A stretch of DNA of 34,283 nucleotides from an uncultured Gammaproteobacteria bacterium (GCA_964349535.1 CAYGGQ010000001.1:1-34283), one strand, 5' to 3'; numbered from the stretch's first letter, positions 1-8,511 are shown. The notes: generated by a model not told the origin, from the sequence alone. Translations and numbers: made by a program.

Positions 1-1062
1 TCCAAGCTTCCCCTTGTTCTGCCCTTCAAATTGTGGTTCTGGAAAGCGAATGGAGATGACGGCCGTCATTCCTTCACGCACATCTTCTCCCCCAAGGTTC
101 TCGTCCTTCTCCTTGAGATACCCCTTATTGCGAGCGTAATTGTTCAACACACGCGTTAACGCGGCGCGAAAACCTTGAACATGCGTTCCCCCTTCTGCGT
201 TAATGATGTTGTTGGTAAACGCATAAAGTGTTTCTTGGTAATCGTCCGTATATTGAATACCGATCGAAACGTCTGTTTTTTCCTGTTGCTTGCTTACGAA
301 AAAAATATTTTCGTGCTTTGGTTGTTTTTTGTGGTTCAGGTGACGCACGTAGGAAGCGACTCCCCCTTCAAAATAGAAGCCGTAGACATCGTGCTGGTCT
401 TTGGCGCGCGCGTCAATAATCAGCATCTGAATCCCCTTGGTCAGATAACACTGCTGACGATAGTGATCGAGCACGCGCTGATAATCGAACGAGGTGCCTT
501 CTGTAAAAATGGTCGCGTCTGGTTTGAAAATAACCGTGGTTCCGTGACGCTTGCTCTTGCCTAATTCCTTGACCTTGGTGATGGGTTTCCCCTGCGAGTA
601 CTCCTGTTTCCACATCCCTCCATCTCGTTCCACGATGACCTCCAAGTGTTCGGATAACGCGTTGACCACGGAAACACCGACCCCGTGCAGACCACCGGAA
701 ATCTTGTAGCCACTTTCATCACCGCCAAATTTGCCACCTGCATGAAGTTTGGTGAGCACGAGTTCGAGCGCGGAAACTTTGTACTGCTTATGAATTTCGA
801 CCGGAATCCCACGACCGTTGTCAGAAACGGAAACACGGTCATCAGGCAACAGCGTAAGGATGATTTCCGTCGCGTGTCCGGCCATCGCCTCATCGAATGA
901 GTTGTCCGCTACTTCACGCAATAAGTGGAACAAACCGTCTGGTCCGGTTGAACCAATATACATGCCAGGGCGCTTCCGCACCGGCTCTAGACCTTCGAGC
1001 ACGGAAATTTGCTCCGCGCCATAGGCTCCTGTTTTTTTGATTTTGCTGGGTGCTTTGGGCAT
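1..1062 (-). CDS. gyrB: DNA gyrase subunit B (type IIA topoisomerase ATPase subunit). This is the N-terminal 354 codons; the 3' end runs off the window.
   Basis: Absent from the supplied ORF track because no stop codon lies inside the window. Hand translation of the minus strand from ATG 1062-1060 gives MPKAPSKIKKTGAYGAEQISVLEGLEPVRKRPGMYIGSTGPDGLFHLLREVADNSFDEAMAGHA...KISGGLHGVGVSVVNALS...NNIINAEGGTHVQGFRAALTR...PQFEGQNKGKLG. The frame stays open to position 1. These are GHKL ATPase and transducer motifs of GyrB/ParE. Confidence 0.85.
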   Translation of the reverse strand, partial: MPKAPSKIKKTGAYGAEQISVLEGLEPVRKRPGMYIGSTGPDGLFHLLREVADNSFDEAMAGHATEIILTLLPDDRVSVSDNGRGIPVEIHKQYKVSALELVLTKLHAGGKFGGDESGYKISGGLHGVGVSVVNALSEHLEVIVERDGGMWKQEYSQGKPITKVKELGKSKRHGTTVIFKPDATIFTEGTSFDYQRVLDHYRQQCYLTKGIQMLIIDARAKDQHDVYGFYFEGGVASYVRHLNHKKQPKHENIFFVSKQQEKTDVSIGIQYTDDYQETLYAFTNNIINAEGGTHVQGFRAALTRVLNNYARNKGYLKEKDENLGGEDVREGMTAVISIRFPEPQFEGQNKGKLG

Positions 1063-1147
1063 AGAAAACTGACAATAGGATAACAGAAAAGTGGTGAATG
1101 ATCCATCACGCGTCAAGGCTTTTTGGGGACTGTGCTATCATAATCCC

Positions 1148-2023
1148 ATGTCTGACAACCATATCATCGGTAGCGGCCTTACAGACCAGCAGCTTACGCT
1201 CGCCTCTTGGTGGACCCGTCACGGGATGAACCTGCGACGATTGGGGACGGGGACTCTCATCGGCGTCTCTGTGCTTTTTTGGGGCTTTACCCTCTGGACG
1301 GCACTTGATGTGTATGTCATCTCCTACCCCCGTGAATCTCGGATCATGCAGGTCATTGCAACAAATGGCATGCCGGCAGAAACCCTCGCGGCCATCGCCC
1401 CCCGCTCCTTGCAAACATCTCCATCCCTCGCACTCGCTTCCACCGGCAATCGGACCGACCTGCTCACACAAATCAGCAACCCCAATGCCCAATGGTGGGC
1501 TGAATTCACCTATCAGTTTATGCTTGGCGCGAGTTCCACGGAGCCTCGTGCTGGATACATCCTCCCATCGAGTCAACGGTATCTGACGGAACTAGGAGTC
1601 ACCTCACCTATCATCGGGAGTGCCACCGTCAAAATTGACAATATAGAGTGGCACCGGATTAATCCGGATGATGTGGAACGAGACTACCCTGCCTTTGCGG
1701 AAAAACGCCTTCAGTTTGTTTTTGAAGACATCAACTACCAAAATGATCTTCGTTTGAATAACCAGGCGATCGGACAAACTACGTTTACGCTTCGGAATCT
1801 GAGTGCCTACGGCTACTGGTCCGTAGATCTCCCTATTGTTCTTTACCGAGCCGATACACCCATTGCTATCACCTCTCTCAACGTCCAAAACGTACTGCCT
1901 GGAGAAGCTCGGCCTCTTTCTATCCACTGGGTTGAAAATATGTCTGGTATCAGTAAAACAGATATCCACGCAAACGTGAACATCCTTGATCCAAAAAACT
2001 TCCTCTCAAGCCGGCAATTTTAG
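1148..2023 (+). CDS. Hypothetical single-pass membrane protein.
   Basis: ORF 1091..2023. I prefer the ATG at 1148 (MSDNHIIG...). A hydrophobic segment LGTGTLIGVSVLFWGFTLWTAL is present. No recognisable catalytic motif. Divergent from gyrB. Confidence 0.6.
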   Translation: MSDNHIIGSGLTDQQLTLASWWTRHGMNLRRLGTGTLIGVSVLFWGFTLWTALDVYVISYPRESRIMQVIATNGMPAETLAAIAPRSLQTSPSLALASTGNRTDLLTQISNPNAQWWAEFTYQFMLGASSTEPRAGYILPSSQRYLTELGVTSPIIGSATVKIDNIEWHRINPDDVERDYPAFAEKRLQFVFEDINYQNDLRLNNQAIGQTTFTLRNLSAYGYWSVDLPIVLYRADTPIAITSLNVQNVLPGEARPLSIHWVENMSGISKTDIHANVNILDPKNFLSSRQF

Positions 2024-2055
2024 ACGGGCTGCTCTCTGTCTGATAGGCTCATTTC

Positions 2056-3174
2056 ATGCGATGGTTATTTGATTTGCTGGAGCGATTTGACTGGATCTTG
2101 CTCGCAGCCGTTCTGACACTGACAGGAATCGGTCTCGTTGCTCTCTACGGCATCGGCGTTTCGCATGAACCGGCTGATCTTTTTATTTTTTACAAACAGA
2201 TGGCGGCTGGCCTCATTGGCCTCTGTCTTGTTTTTAGTTGTATCGCCTTAGACTATCGTCATTTACGCTCTTTTAGTTTCTTACTCTATCTAGGCGGAGG
2301 CCTTCTATTAACGCTTGTGCTCTTTCTTGGACAAACGGTGAACGCGACGCAAGGTTGGTTTCGTATTGGCACTCTTTCCTTTCAACCTATCGAGATCGCC
2401 AAAGTGACGTTGGTGATTTATCTTTCATCACTTTTTGTCAGTCTTGGTCATGGACGGCTGACCTGGCGATTATTCGGTTTAAGCGGCACAGCCACCTTAG
2501 TCTATGTTGTCCTCACGATGATGCAGCCGGATTTTGGCTCAGCGATGGTCCTTGTTGCTATCTGGGGAGCCCTCTGTCTTTTTTTAGGTCTCCCGCGTCG
2601 CGCCTGGATCATTTTGCCCTTGGCGGCTATCACCTTGGCAGCCTCGCTGTGGGGTTTTGGTCTCAAGCCGTATCAGCGTGATCGTATTACGAACTTTTTG
2701 AACCCTGCCTATGATGTGCGTGGAAGCGGCTATAACGCGGCACAGGCACGGATCGCGATTGGTTCTGGGGGTTGGTTTGGAAAAGGGATTGGGGAAGGCT
2801 CACAAGCGCGTTTACGCTTTTTGCCAGAGGCTGCCACGGACTTTATTTTTGCCGTGGTTGGTGAGGAGCTTGGCTTTGTGGGCGTGACTTTGTGTCTTAG
2901 TCTCTTTGGTCTCATCGGATATCGTTATATCCGCATTGCCGAGGATTCAGGCGACGATTTTGCAACGCTTCTACTGGTCGGCTTAAGCAGTATTTTTATC
3001 GTCCATGTTTTTATCAACGCCGGCATGAGCCTTGGTATCATGCCTGTGACCGGCTTGCCCATGCCCTTTATTTCGGCCGCCGCCTCCTCCTTGGCCGTGG
3101 CGTTTCTCTCCATCGCGATTGCGGAAAGCGTGGCGGTCAGACGACGTGGCGCTGATACATCGCCCCATGCTTGA
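2056..3174 (+). CDS. SEDS-family peptidoglycan glycosyltransferase (FtsW/RodA/SpoVE).
   Basis: 372-aa polytopic ORF with the family motifs QPDFGSAMVL, GSGYNAAQARIAIGSGGWFGKGIGEGSQ, LPEAATDFIFAVVGEELGFVG and GIMPVTGLPMPFISAAASS. Confidence 0.9.
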   Translation: MRWLFDLLERFDWILLAAVLTLTGIGLVALYGIGVSHEPADLFIFYKQMAAGLIGLCLVFSCIALDYRHLRSFSFLLYLGGGLLLTLVLFLGQTVNATQGWFRIGTLSFQPIEIAKVTLVIYLSSLFVSLGHGRLTWRLFGLSGTATLVYVVLTMMQPDFGSAMVLVAIWGALCLFLGLPRRAWIILPLAAITLAASLWGFGLKPYQRDRITNFLNPAYDVRGSGYNAAQARIAIGSGGWFGKGIGEGSQARLRFLPEAATDFIFAVVGEELGFVGVTLCLSLFGLIGYRYIRIAEDSGDDFATLLLVGLSSIFIVHVFINAGMSLGIMPVTGLPMPFISAAASSLAVAFLSIAIAESVAVRRRGADTSPHA

Positions 3175-3218
3175 AAAAACAACTCTGGCAAGATAGGATG
3201 CGTGCAGCTTAAAAACAC

Positions 3219-3293
3219 GCGGGTATCATATAATGGTTATTATGAATGCTTCCCAAGCATTACAAGCGGGTTCGATTCCCGCTACCCGCTCCA
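3219..3293 (+). tRNA. tRNA-Gly (anticodon CCC).
   Basis: Hand-folded cloverleaf. Acceptor stem GCGGGTA/TACCCGC; anticodon stem AATGC/GCATT with loop TTCCCAA; T arm GCGGG-TTCGATT-CCCGC; discriminator T; encoded CCA. Confidence 0.9.
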
Positions 3294-3375
3294 TCGAGCT
3301 CAGCTCGACTCCGCGGATCGAACAGACAAAGCTTAGCTTTGCTCGAACGGAGACACAGAGATAACCTCGTCAATC

Positions 3376-3407
3376 AAAAACACCCCGATGTACATCGGGG
3401 TGTTTTT
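3376..3407. terminator. Perfect hairpin flanked by an A-run and a T-run (bidirectional-looking intrinsic terminator).
   Basis: Sequence aaaaa-CACCCCGATG-ta-CATCGGGGTG-ttttt. It is a 10-bp stem but the loop is only 2 nt, so the apical pair probably opens. Confidence 0.6.
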
Positions 3408-3420
3408 AGTTAGAAATTGT

Positions 3421-3455
3421 AAAAAAAACCGCCAACACAGAGTTGCTGTTGGCGG
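3421..3455 (-). terminator. Intrinsic terminator of the 80-aa gene.
   Basis: On the minus strand, CCGCCAACA...TGTTGGCGG (9-bp stem) is followed by T8. It lies 8 nt downstream of the stop at 3463. Confidence 0.7.
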
Positions 3456-3462
3456 GAAGCGG

Positions 3463-3705
3463 TTAGAGGTTCTTCAGAGCGTTTGTATACTTCTTCTCTT
3501 CTTCCTCGATCAGCAGGTCGATATTGGACTTCCTGCTCATACGCTCCTTGGCCTCCTCATCCGTGACACCTTCGACGACGACCAGGAACAGCTTCTTAAC
3601 CGGATTACCATACCACCGAACGAATGCCTCCTTGCTATCGAAGGTAGCGCGGGTCTTGAGCCCTGTTGCCGGACCAGTTCTGGTGCGAAGAATGACGTTG
3701 TACAT
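3463..3705 (-). CDS. Small hypothetical protein (80 aa) downstream of the helicase-sigma fusion.
   Basis: Taken from ORF 3463..3744, trimmed to the internal ATG at 3705 (MYNVILRTRTGPATGLK...). That ATG is preceded by AAGGAGG with a 6-nt spacer. Own terminator; no recognisable family. Confidence 0.6.
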   Translation of the reverse strand: MYNVILRTRTGPATGLKTRATFDSKEAFVRWYGNPVKKLFLVVVEGVTDEEAKERMSRKSNIDLLIEEEEKKYTNALKNL

Positions 3706-3731
3706 CCTAGACCTCCTTGAAGTGTGGAAAG

Positions 3732-3760
3732 ATGGTAGTGGCATTTGTTAAAAAAGTCAA
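3732..3760 (-). promoter_or_regulatory. Putative sigma-70 promoter for the 80-aa gene.
   Basis: Minus strand reads TTGACT (3760-3755), a 17-nt spacer, then TACCAT (3737-3732). The -35 context TTGACTTTTT is identical to that of the helicase promoter. Confidence 0.35.
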
Positions 3761-3804
3761 GGTTTTCCTGTCCGCCCCCCTGAGATCAACATCAAATAGT
3801 TTTG

Positions 3805-3838
3805 ATCAAAAATCAAGCCACGTTCAATGAACGTGGCT
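3805..3838 (-). terminator. Intrinsic terminator of the helicase-sigma gene.
   Basis: AGCCACGTTC-aat-GAACGTGGCT is a perfect 10-bp stem (3816-3838). On the minus strand it is followed by TGATTTTTGATC. It lies 20 nt after the stop at 3859. Confidence 0.65.
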
Positions 3839-3858
3839 AAAGAAATAGAGAGGATAAA

Positions 3859-5922
3859 TCACATCTCATCTTTCAAGGAATAAACCCTGGCGTAAAAGCG
3901 TAACCATGCGAGGGCTTTTTTGTATAGCTGACCCACCCGCGAACGACTTATCTCGAACTCGGCGGCAATTTTTACTAGCTGGTACTCCTCTCGATAGGGA
4001 GGAAGAGCAAAAGACATCTTCAAGACCTTTTCCTCGCGAGGTGGCAGCTTGTCCAACACAAGAAGAATAGCATTTGTCAGGCGCAATCGTGTCACGACCT
4101 CGTCTGGCCATGGTTCTGGCTCTCGTCCCTCGGGACCGGCCAGGGCACGCCAACCGAGTTCAAAGTCATGTTCTGGCACTCCTCGCACCCACCCGTGACG
4201 CCGATGTGGCACGACGAGACACTCCTCCATGTATTGCGCGTCTTCGTAACAACTTTGCTCCGCTTGACCGAAGGCATCACGCACGAGCAGATAGGTCCCT
4301 GCTCGTTCCGGAAACAGACGCGACATCAAGCGCATGTACTCTGATCCACCACGCATGTCGCAACCGAGAAACCGAAGCAGTTGCTCCCCGCGACCCGTGA
4401 AAAGCGGGTGGTTAAAGTACAACCATCGGAACAAGCGCACGCTCCCTGATCCCTGATTGACCACAAAGTCCGGACTTGAATTCATCACGGCCCGGATCTG
4501 ATGGATATCCTTAGGGTTCAGCTTTGGCTTTTCAAGCGTTCCTGCGAGCTTGATCCGGCTCACGAGAGTGACTTTTTCGATGGGCGTAGCTGTCGCACGC
4601 CGCATACGCTCTCGTGCTTTCGCATCTGGAGCAGTAGGCTGCTGTTTTTTTGGGCCCATCAGCTCGCCTGCCTCATAGACATCCGACGACCACTCCAAGA
4701 ATTGCGTAGGAAGGATCGGCTGTCGCGCCAAATTCTTTGGAATCAGAATGTGAATATGCGCGATCTGCCCTTCCCACTTCGTGAGCACCCGAAAGAACTT
4801 CTGTTCGGCGCGCACGACAGAGGGGGTTGGCGACAAATCGATCAACAGCTTGCAGCGAGGAGAGTTCCACCCCTCGATCAGAACACCGACATTGATAATC
4901 GTGTCGATCTCCCCAAGCGCATACTTCCGCAAGATCTCTTTGCGATCCTCTTTTTTCGTCTCTGCCACGATCAGTTCTGGCATCGGCGTCCCATGCGGAC
5001 GTGTATCCCGAAGATAACGGAAAAGTCCGTAGGCCTGCTTACGGGACGCGCAACAAATGAGCGTCGTGAGATCACGATTTTCCTTTGCGTAACGTATCTC
5101 TCGCGTCTGTTCAAAGAAGGGTGCCGCGCTCATCACTTCGCCGAGCTGGTCCTCTTGCAGCTTTCCAGCTACGACTTCGACGTGAGACGCATCCTCGTCA
5201 ACCTCGTACATCCACCAACGCAGAGGCGCCAGCAAACCAAGCTCAACCGCTTCCCCCACCGTAATTTCATGGATCAAGGCGGGAAAAAAGCGCGCTAAAT
5301 CCTGCACGTCATTGAACTTTGGGGTTGCTGTCAAGGCGACGCGAATTGCCAACGGATCAAAGCACTCATCAATCACGCGCTGGCGCTCTTTTGTCATGGA
5401 GCGGTGACCTTCATCAGCAAAGATCAGAGCAGAACAACGAATCTGCCAGGGGATCTCTACGCCATCTCGAAGATGGTTCTGCAGAATGTTGTAGGTTGTG
5501 ACGTTGATGCCACCAATGACCAGATCTTTTTCGTCGCCGTAATAAATCCCGATCGGCACGTCTGGCAACTGCCTCCGAAAATCACTCACGGCCTGTTCGG
5601 CCAGAATTTTCTTCGGAACCATAAAGGTCGTGACAAGGCCAGCGCCGATGGCGATTTGACCCGCGACCCCCGTCTTCCCCGTTCGGGGCGGGAGAATGAT
5701 CCGTCCCTTTGGGAGAGCGCTATCACGATCGTCATGTCGCATGGCAACATCAGCAATATAACGAGCAAAATCGGCGTACACACCTACCTGCTCTGGTTGA
5801 AGAGTAAACGTGGATCCCTCCACAGCACCAGCGTCCTCCACGGTACCTTCGATCCTCCTCGCAGCTGCGAGGAGCCGTTCTGCCATTGTTTCGGTCTGAC
5901 TGATCGCCTCGAGCAGAGCCAT
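3859..5922 (-). CDS. SF2 DExH-box helicase fused to a C-terminal sigma-70 region-4-like HTH domain.
   Basis: 687-aa ORF with RBS GAGGT. Helicase motif I is PPRTGKTG, motif II is FADEGH, motif III is LTATP, and a RecA2-like block reads VGVLIEGWNSPRCKLLID...RAEQKFFRVL. The C-terminus LDKLPPREEKVLKMSFAL...YQLVKIAAEFEISRSRVGQLYKKALAWLR matches the sigma70_r4 pattern (L..RER.V...RF....T..EIA...G.S..RV.Q....AL..LR). Confidence 0.75.
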   Translation of the reverse strand: MALLEAISQTETMAERLLAAARRIEGTVEDAGAVEGSTFTLQPEQVGVYADFARYIADVAMRHDDRDSALPKGRIILPPRTGKTGVAGQIAIGAGLVTTFMVPKKILAEQAVSDFRRQLPDVPIGIYYGDEKDLVIGGINVTTYNILQNHLRDGVEIPWQIRCSALIFADEGHRSMTKERQRVIDECFDPLAIRVALTATPKFNDVQDLARFFPALIHEITVGEAVELGLLAPLRWWMYEVDEDASHVEVVAGKLQEDQLGEVMSAAPFFEQTREIRYAKENRDLTTLICCASRKQAYGLFRYLRDTRPHGTPMPELIVAETKKEDRKEILRKYALGEIDTIINVGVLIEGWNSPRCKLLIDLSPTPSVVRAEQKFFRVLTKWEGQIAHIHILIPKNLARQPILPTQFLEWSSDVYEAGELMGPKKQQPTAPDAKARERMRRATATPIEKVTLVSRIKLAGTLEKPKLNPKDIHQIRAVMNSSPDFVVNQGSGSVRLFRWLYFNHPLFTGRGEQLLRFLGCDMRGGSEYMRLMSRLFPERAGTYLLVRDAFGQAEQSCYEDAQYMEECLVVPHRRHGWVRGVPEHDFELGWRALAGPEGREPEPWPDEVVTRLRLTNAILLVLDKLPPREEKVLKMSFALPPYREEYQLVKIAAEFEISRSRVGQLYKKALAWLRFYARVYSLKDEM

Positions 5923-5984
5923 GGCTTACCTCAAGTTAAAAGGTCCATCCCTTCATCCGCATTCAAGCGAAGTAAGGAATAGTC

Positions 5985-6014
5985 TATCTAGCCAGTATTT
6001 TAGGAAAAAGTCAA
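5985..6014 (-). promoter_or_regulatory. Putative sigma-70 promoter for the helicase-sigma gene.
   Basis: Minus strand reads TTGACT (6014-6009), an 18-nt spacer, then TAGATA (5990-5985). Confidence 0.3.
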
Positions 6015-6078
6015 ACGGGCCTGATCGGCCTTGCTCAATCACTCATCCCCTGTTAATATTCCCCCACTTAAAACACAC

Positions 6079-6154
6079 GCCAGTTTAGCTCAGTTGGTAG
6101 AGCAATGCTTTCGTAAAGCAGAGGTCCCGGGTTCGAATCCCGGAACTGGCTCCA
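6079..6154 (+). tRNA. tRNA-Thr (anticodon CGT).
   Basis: Acceptor stem GCCAGTT/AACTGGC; D arm GCTC-AGTTGGTA-GAGC; anticodon loop TTCGTAA; T arm CCGGG-TTCGAAT-CCCGG; encoded CCA. There is one A.G mismatch at the top of the anticodon stem. Confidence 0.88.
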
Positions 6155-6155
6155 T

Positions 6156-6190
6156 CCCCCTTTCGCGAAAGCTTCGGGGGGTTTTTGTTT
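6156..6190 (+). terminator. GC-clamped hairpin plus T-run after tRNA-Thr. This is copy 1 of a repeated hairpin motif.
   Basis: Sequence CCCCCtttcgcgaaagcttcGGGGGG followed by TTTTTGTTT. Confidence 0.6.
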
Positions 6191-6824
6191 ATATAAATTT
6201 TAAATACCTCTTCACATCCGCTCGCTGCAGCCGTTCTTCAATCGCCTTGTCCACGGCTTTTACGTCATTTTTTTCCTGAAACAGTTTTTGCATGAGCACA
6301 TCTTCCAAGAGCGCGGGTCGCATGACAAGTTGTTTAAAATCGCTCTCGGTCCAACCAAATTGTTCGTGCAGCGCGCTGCGAATCTCACTGATGCTTGAAG
6401 AACTCGCTTTTGCGACAAGTCCATCGTACGCGCGGTCAACGTCGAGTGGGGTCACGACAATCTTTTTTTCGGCCGCCAAATCCTCGACCGCCGCCGCCCG
6501 CATCATTCGATCAAGTGCCTGCGCGCGAATGGTGTTAGTAACTTCCGTGGGGAGGCCTTGCAGACGCGCGGTTGGACTTGCGAGAAAACGACGATCCGCG
6601 TCGAGCTGAAACAGATAAGCGGTATACGTGATCTTTTGCGTGCCTACTTTTGCCGCGGGAACCTGAAAAACGCGAGCAAAGCCTCGAGCCGCTCGCCCCT
6701 CCCATTGTCCATGAAAGATGCCGTACGTGAACACCGTGCCAGTCAAAGCAACCAAAAGTACGGCAAGAGCAGCAAGCGATGACGCTAACCAGTGTTGACG
6801 AAAGCGTTGGATCAAAGAGAGCAT
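6189..6824 (-). CDS. Membrane-anchored hypothetical protein (possibly SurA-N-like chaperone domain).
   Basis: 211-aa ORF with N-terminal TM segment LASSLAALAVLLVALTG. The functional call is weak and rests on general resemblance only. Confidence 0.55.
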   Translation of the reverse strand: MLSLIQRFRQHWLASSLAALAVLLVALTGTVFTYGIFHGQWEGRAARGFARVFQVPAAKVGTQKITYTAYLFQLDADRRFLASPTARLQGLPTEVTNTIRAQALDRMMRAAAVEDLAAEKKIVVTPLDVDRAYDGLVAKASSSSISEIRSALHEQFGWTESDFKQLVMRPALLEDVLMQKLFQEKNDVKAVDKAIEERLQRADVKRYLKFI

Positions 6825-6832
6825 AGCTTAGT

Positions 6833-7279
6833 TTAAAGAGTAGGTGTTGGAAAAAAGTAGTAAAACCATTGTTTTGGATTTGCGAACGGCCCATGGTCTT
6901 TTACGGCTGATAAATCACCAATGGGTTCATCCTCCTTTTGTTGTCCCTCTTGCCACGATAGAGGCTGACCGTCCGCGTTCCGTAACACAATGACGCGTTC
7001 TCCTGGTCTTTGCAATCCAAATCGTGAACGCGCCTGTTTATCTAACTCGTCTGCCGAAGCGAGGCGATCGATCAGTTGTTTTAACTGACCCTTCCTTCCT
7101 TCCAATTCCGTGACTTGTGCCTGTAACCCGCGAATCTCCTGGTTCACCTGCCACACATGGTATGTTTCTCGCACGGTTGAAACCCCGGCCATTAAAAACA
7201 ACGCCGCACCAACAGCAATCACCAAAGGCCATCGCATGACCTGAAGAATTCCCGTGCGCGGCGCCTGGCGAGGTGTCAT
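6833..7279 (-). CDS. Septum formation initiator family protein (FtsB/DivIC-like).
   Basis: ORF 6833..7561 trimmed to ATG 7279, which overlaps the upstream stop as ATGA. It has a TM segment followed by a coiled coil: WQVNQEIRGLQAQVTELEGRKGQLKQLIDRL...DELDKQARSRFGL. Confidence 0.7.
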   Translation of the reverse strand: MTPRQAPRTGILQVMRWPLVIAVGAALFLMAGVSTVRETYHVWQVNQEIRGLQAQVTELEGRKGQLKQLIDRLASADELDKQARSRFGLQRPGERVIVLRNADGQPLSWQEGQQKEDEPIGDLSAVKDHGPFANPKQWFYYFFPTPTL

Positions 7280-7923
7280 AGGTCCGTATCCTGTCCCGAT
7301 TTGCTCGCCGCGTTCTTCCGTGTTTGCAGTAACGATTCCACGGCAAACAGAGTCGCCGCGTCTGCGGCAGTGAGCATAATTTGCACGCGGTTCAACTGAT
7401 CCGTCGTCTCTTCTTTTTCCGTCTGCTCTTGCGTCCCATTGCGTACCTGATTGATCAATTCTCTTAACGCAACGGGATTTGGCAGATGTTGTACACGCAC
7501 ATCCGTGCTTGCCTCCCCTGTTTTTACCTTGATCGCGCCCATGCCCCATACCATTTCCCATAGGCCGCGCTTTCCAAGCAACACGTCATCAATTTGATGC
7601 AAGGAAATTTCATCGACCCGCCTTCCTCGCAACCCTTGTGGCTGCGCATGCAGTACACGATGAGAGGTGATCAACAAAACTTTATTTTGCCATTGCAAAA
7701 AAACACGCAGAGCCATAAACACACCGGCACACTCCAATGCAAGAAAAAGAAATATCCCAGGCCACCCCGCTTTCATGAGGGTGAACAAAAAGAAAAATGG
7801 AATCACGAGCACCAGTGCCGCCGCGCATAAACGTGGCCATAAGGTCACGCCATGCGCGCGGACAACCGCGTACACTTTTTCTCCCTCAATCGATGAAACC
7901 GCATCACGCCAACGGAAGAGCAT
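7276..7923 (-). CDS. Membrane protein with a bacterial PH (YdbS/YdbT-like) domain.
   Basis: 215-aa ORF with two TM helices followed by WQNKVLLITSHRVLH...ISLHQIDDV...GAIKV. Confidence 0.5.
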   Translation of the reverse strand: MLFRWRDAVSSIEGEKVYAVVRAHGVTLWPRLCAAALVLVIPFFFLFTLMKAGWPGIFLFLALECAGVFMALRVFLQWQNKVLLITSHRVLHAQPQGLRGRRVDEISLHQIDDVLLGKRGLWEMVWGMGAIKVKTGEASTDVRVQHLPNPVALRELINQVRNGTQEQTEKEETTDQLNRVQIMLTAADAATLFAVESLLQTRKNAASKSGQDTDL

Positions 7924-7926
7924 AGG

Positions 7927-8511
7927 CTAAAAACTATACGTGAAAAATGAAACAATGGCGAACGCAATCGCTAACCCCAATGTTCCCATGGCAAACGGAA
8001 CGAAGAGCTGCAGCCCTGCAAGTTTTGCCGTCAGCAACAGCCCGACACCGATCACCTGCAACGTCATCTTGATCTTCCCATATCCATTGGCGGAAATAAT
8101 ATTCCCCGTGCGGCGGTTCCGATGAAAGGCACCAATAATAATCGCCAATTCCATCGCAAGGATAATCAAAGAAAACCATATATTAACCTCACGCGCGACA
8201 AACAGCACCACGACGGACGCAATCAAACATTTATCAGCCACGGGGTCTGCAATCGTCCCCCACATGGTGATCTGCTTACGCACACGGGCAAGTGATCCAT
8301 CCAGCGCGTCGGTAAATGCCGTGAGGAGAAAGAGGACGAGCGCCGCTGGCCAGTGTTCTTTCCATAACGCGTAGAGAACGAACGGTGTCATCACAAAACG
8401 CAAAATCGTCAGATGGTTTGGGAGAACGGAACGCGGGATCAAACGCAAAAACGTTTTTGCAAAAAATTGGTCGTGCGGAAAAAAATGAATGTTTTCGTTG
8501 GTCATCAACAT
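7927..8511 (-). CDS. CDP-alcohol phosphatidyltransferase (PgsA-like).
   Basis: Carries the motif D-x2-DG-x2-AR-x8-G-x3-D-x3-D, seen as DALDGSLARVRKQITMWGTIADPVADK. Polytopic membrane protein. Confidence 0.85.
   Translation of the reverse strand: MLMTNENIHFFPHDQFFAKTFLRLIPRSVLPNHLTILRFVMTPFVLYALWKEHWPAALVLFLLTAFTDALDGSLARVRKQITMWGTIADPVADKCLIASVVVLFVAREVNIWFSLIILAMELAIIIGAFHRNRRTGNIISANGYGKIKMTLQVIGVGLLLTAKLAGLQLFVPFAMGTLGLAIAFAIVSFFTYSF

Noticed and set aside
3294-3375. Possible tRNA remnant or att site after tRNA-Gly. Contains gatcgaac, resembling a T-arm on the opposite strand, and two small hairpins: tcgagc-tca-gctcga and caaagc-tta-gctttg.
   Set aside because: I could not fold a cloverleaf. 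No matching repeat of either tRNA 3' end was found at the other side of the island (5923-6078). Treated as ordinary intergenic structure.
4501-5982. Long plus-strand ORFs 4501..5298 (265 aa) and 5404..5982 (192 aa).
   Set aside because: They are antisense shadows of the helicase-sigma gene, with no motifs or RBS. Only the minus strand carries the helicase motifs.
7280-7561. N-terminal extension of ORF 6833..7561 (Gly/Arg/Cys-rich).
   Set aside because: It lies entirely inside the upstream PH-domain gene in another frame. The FtsB-like protein starts at the ATGA overlap at 7279.
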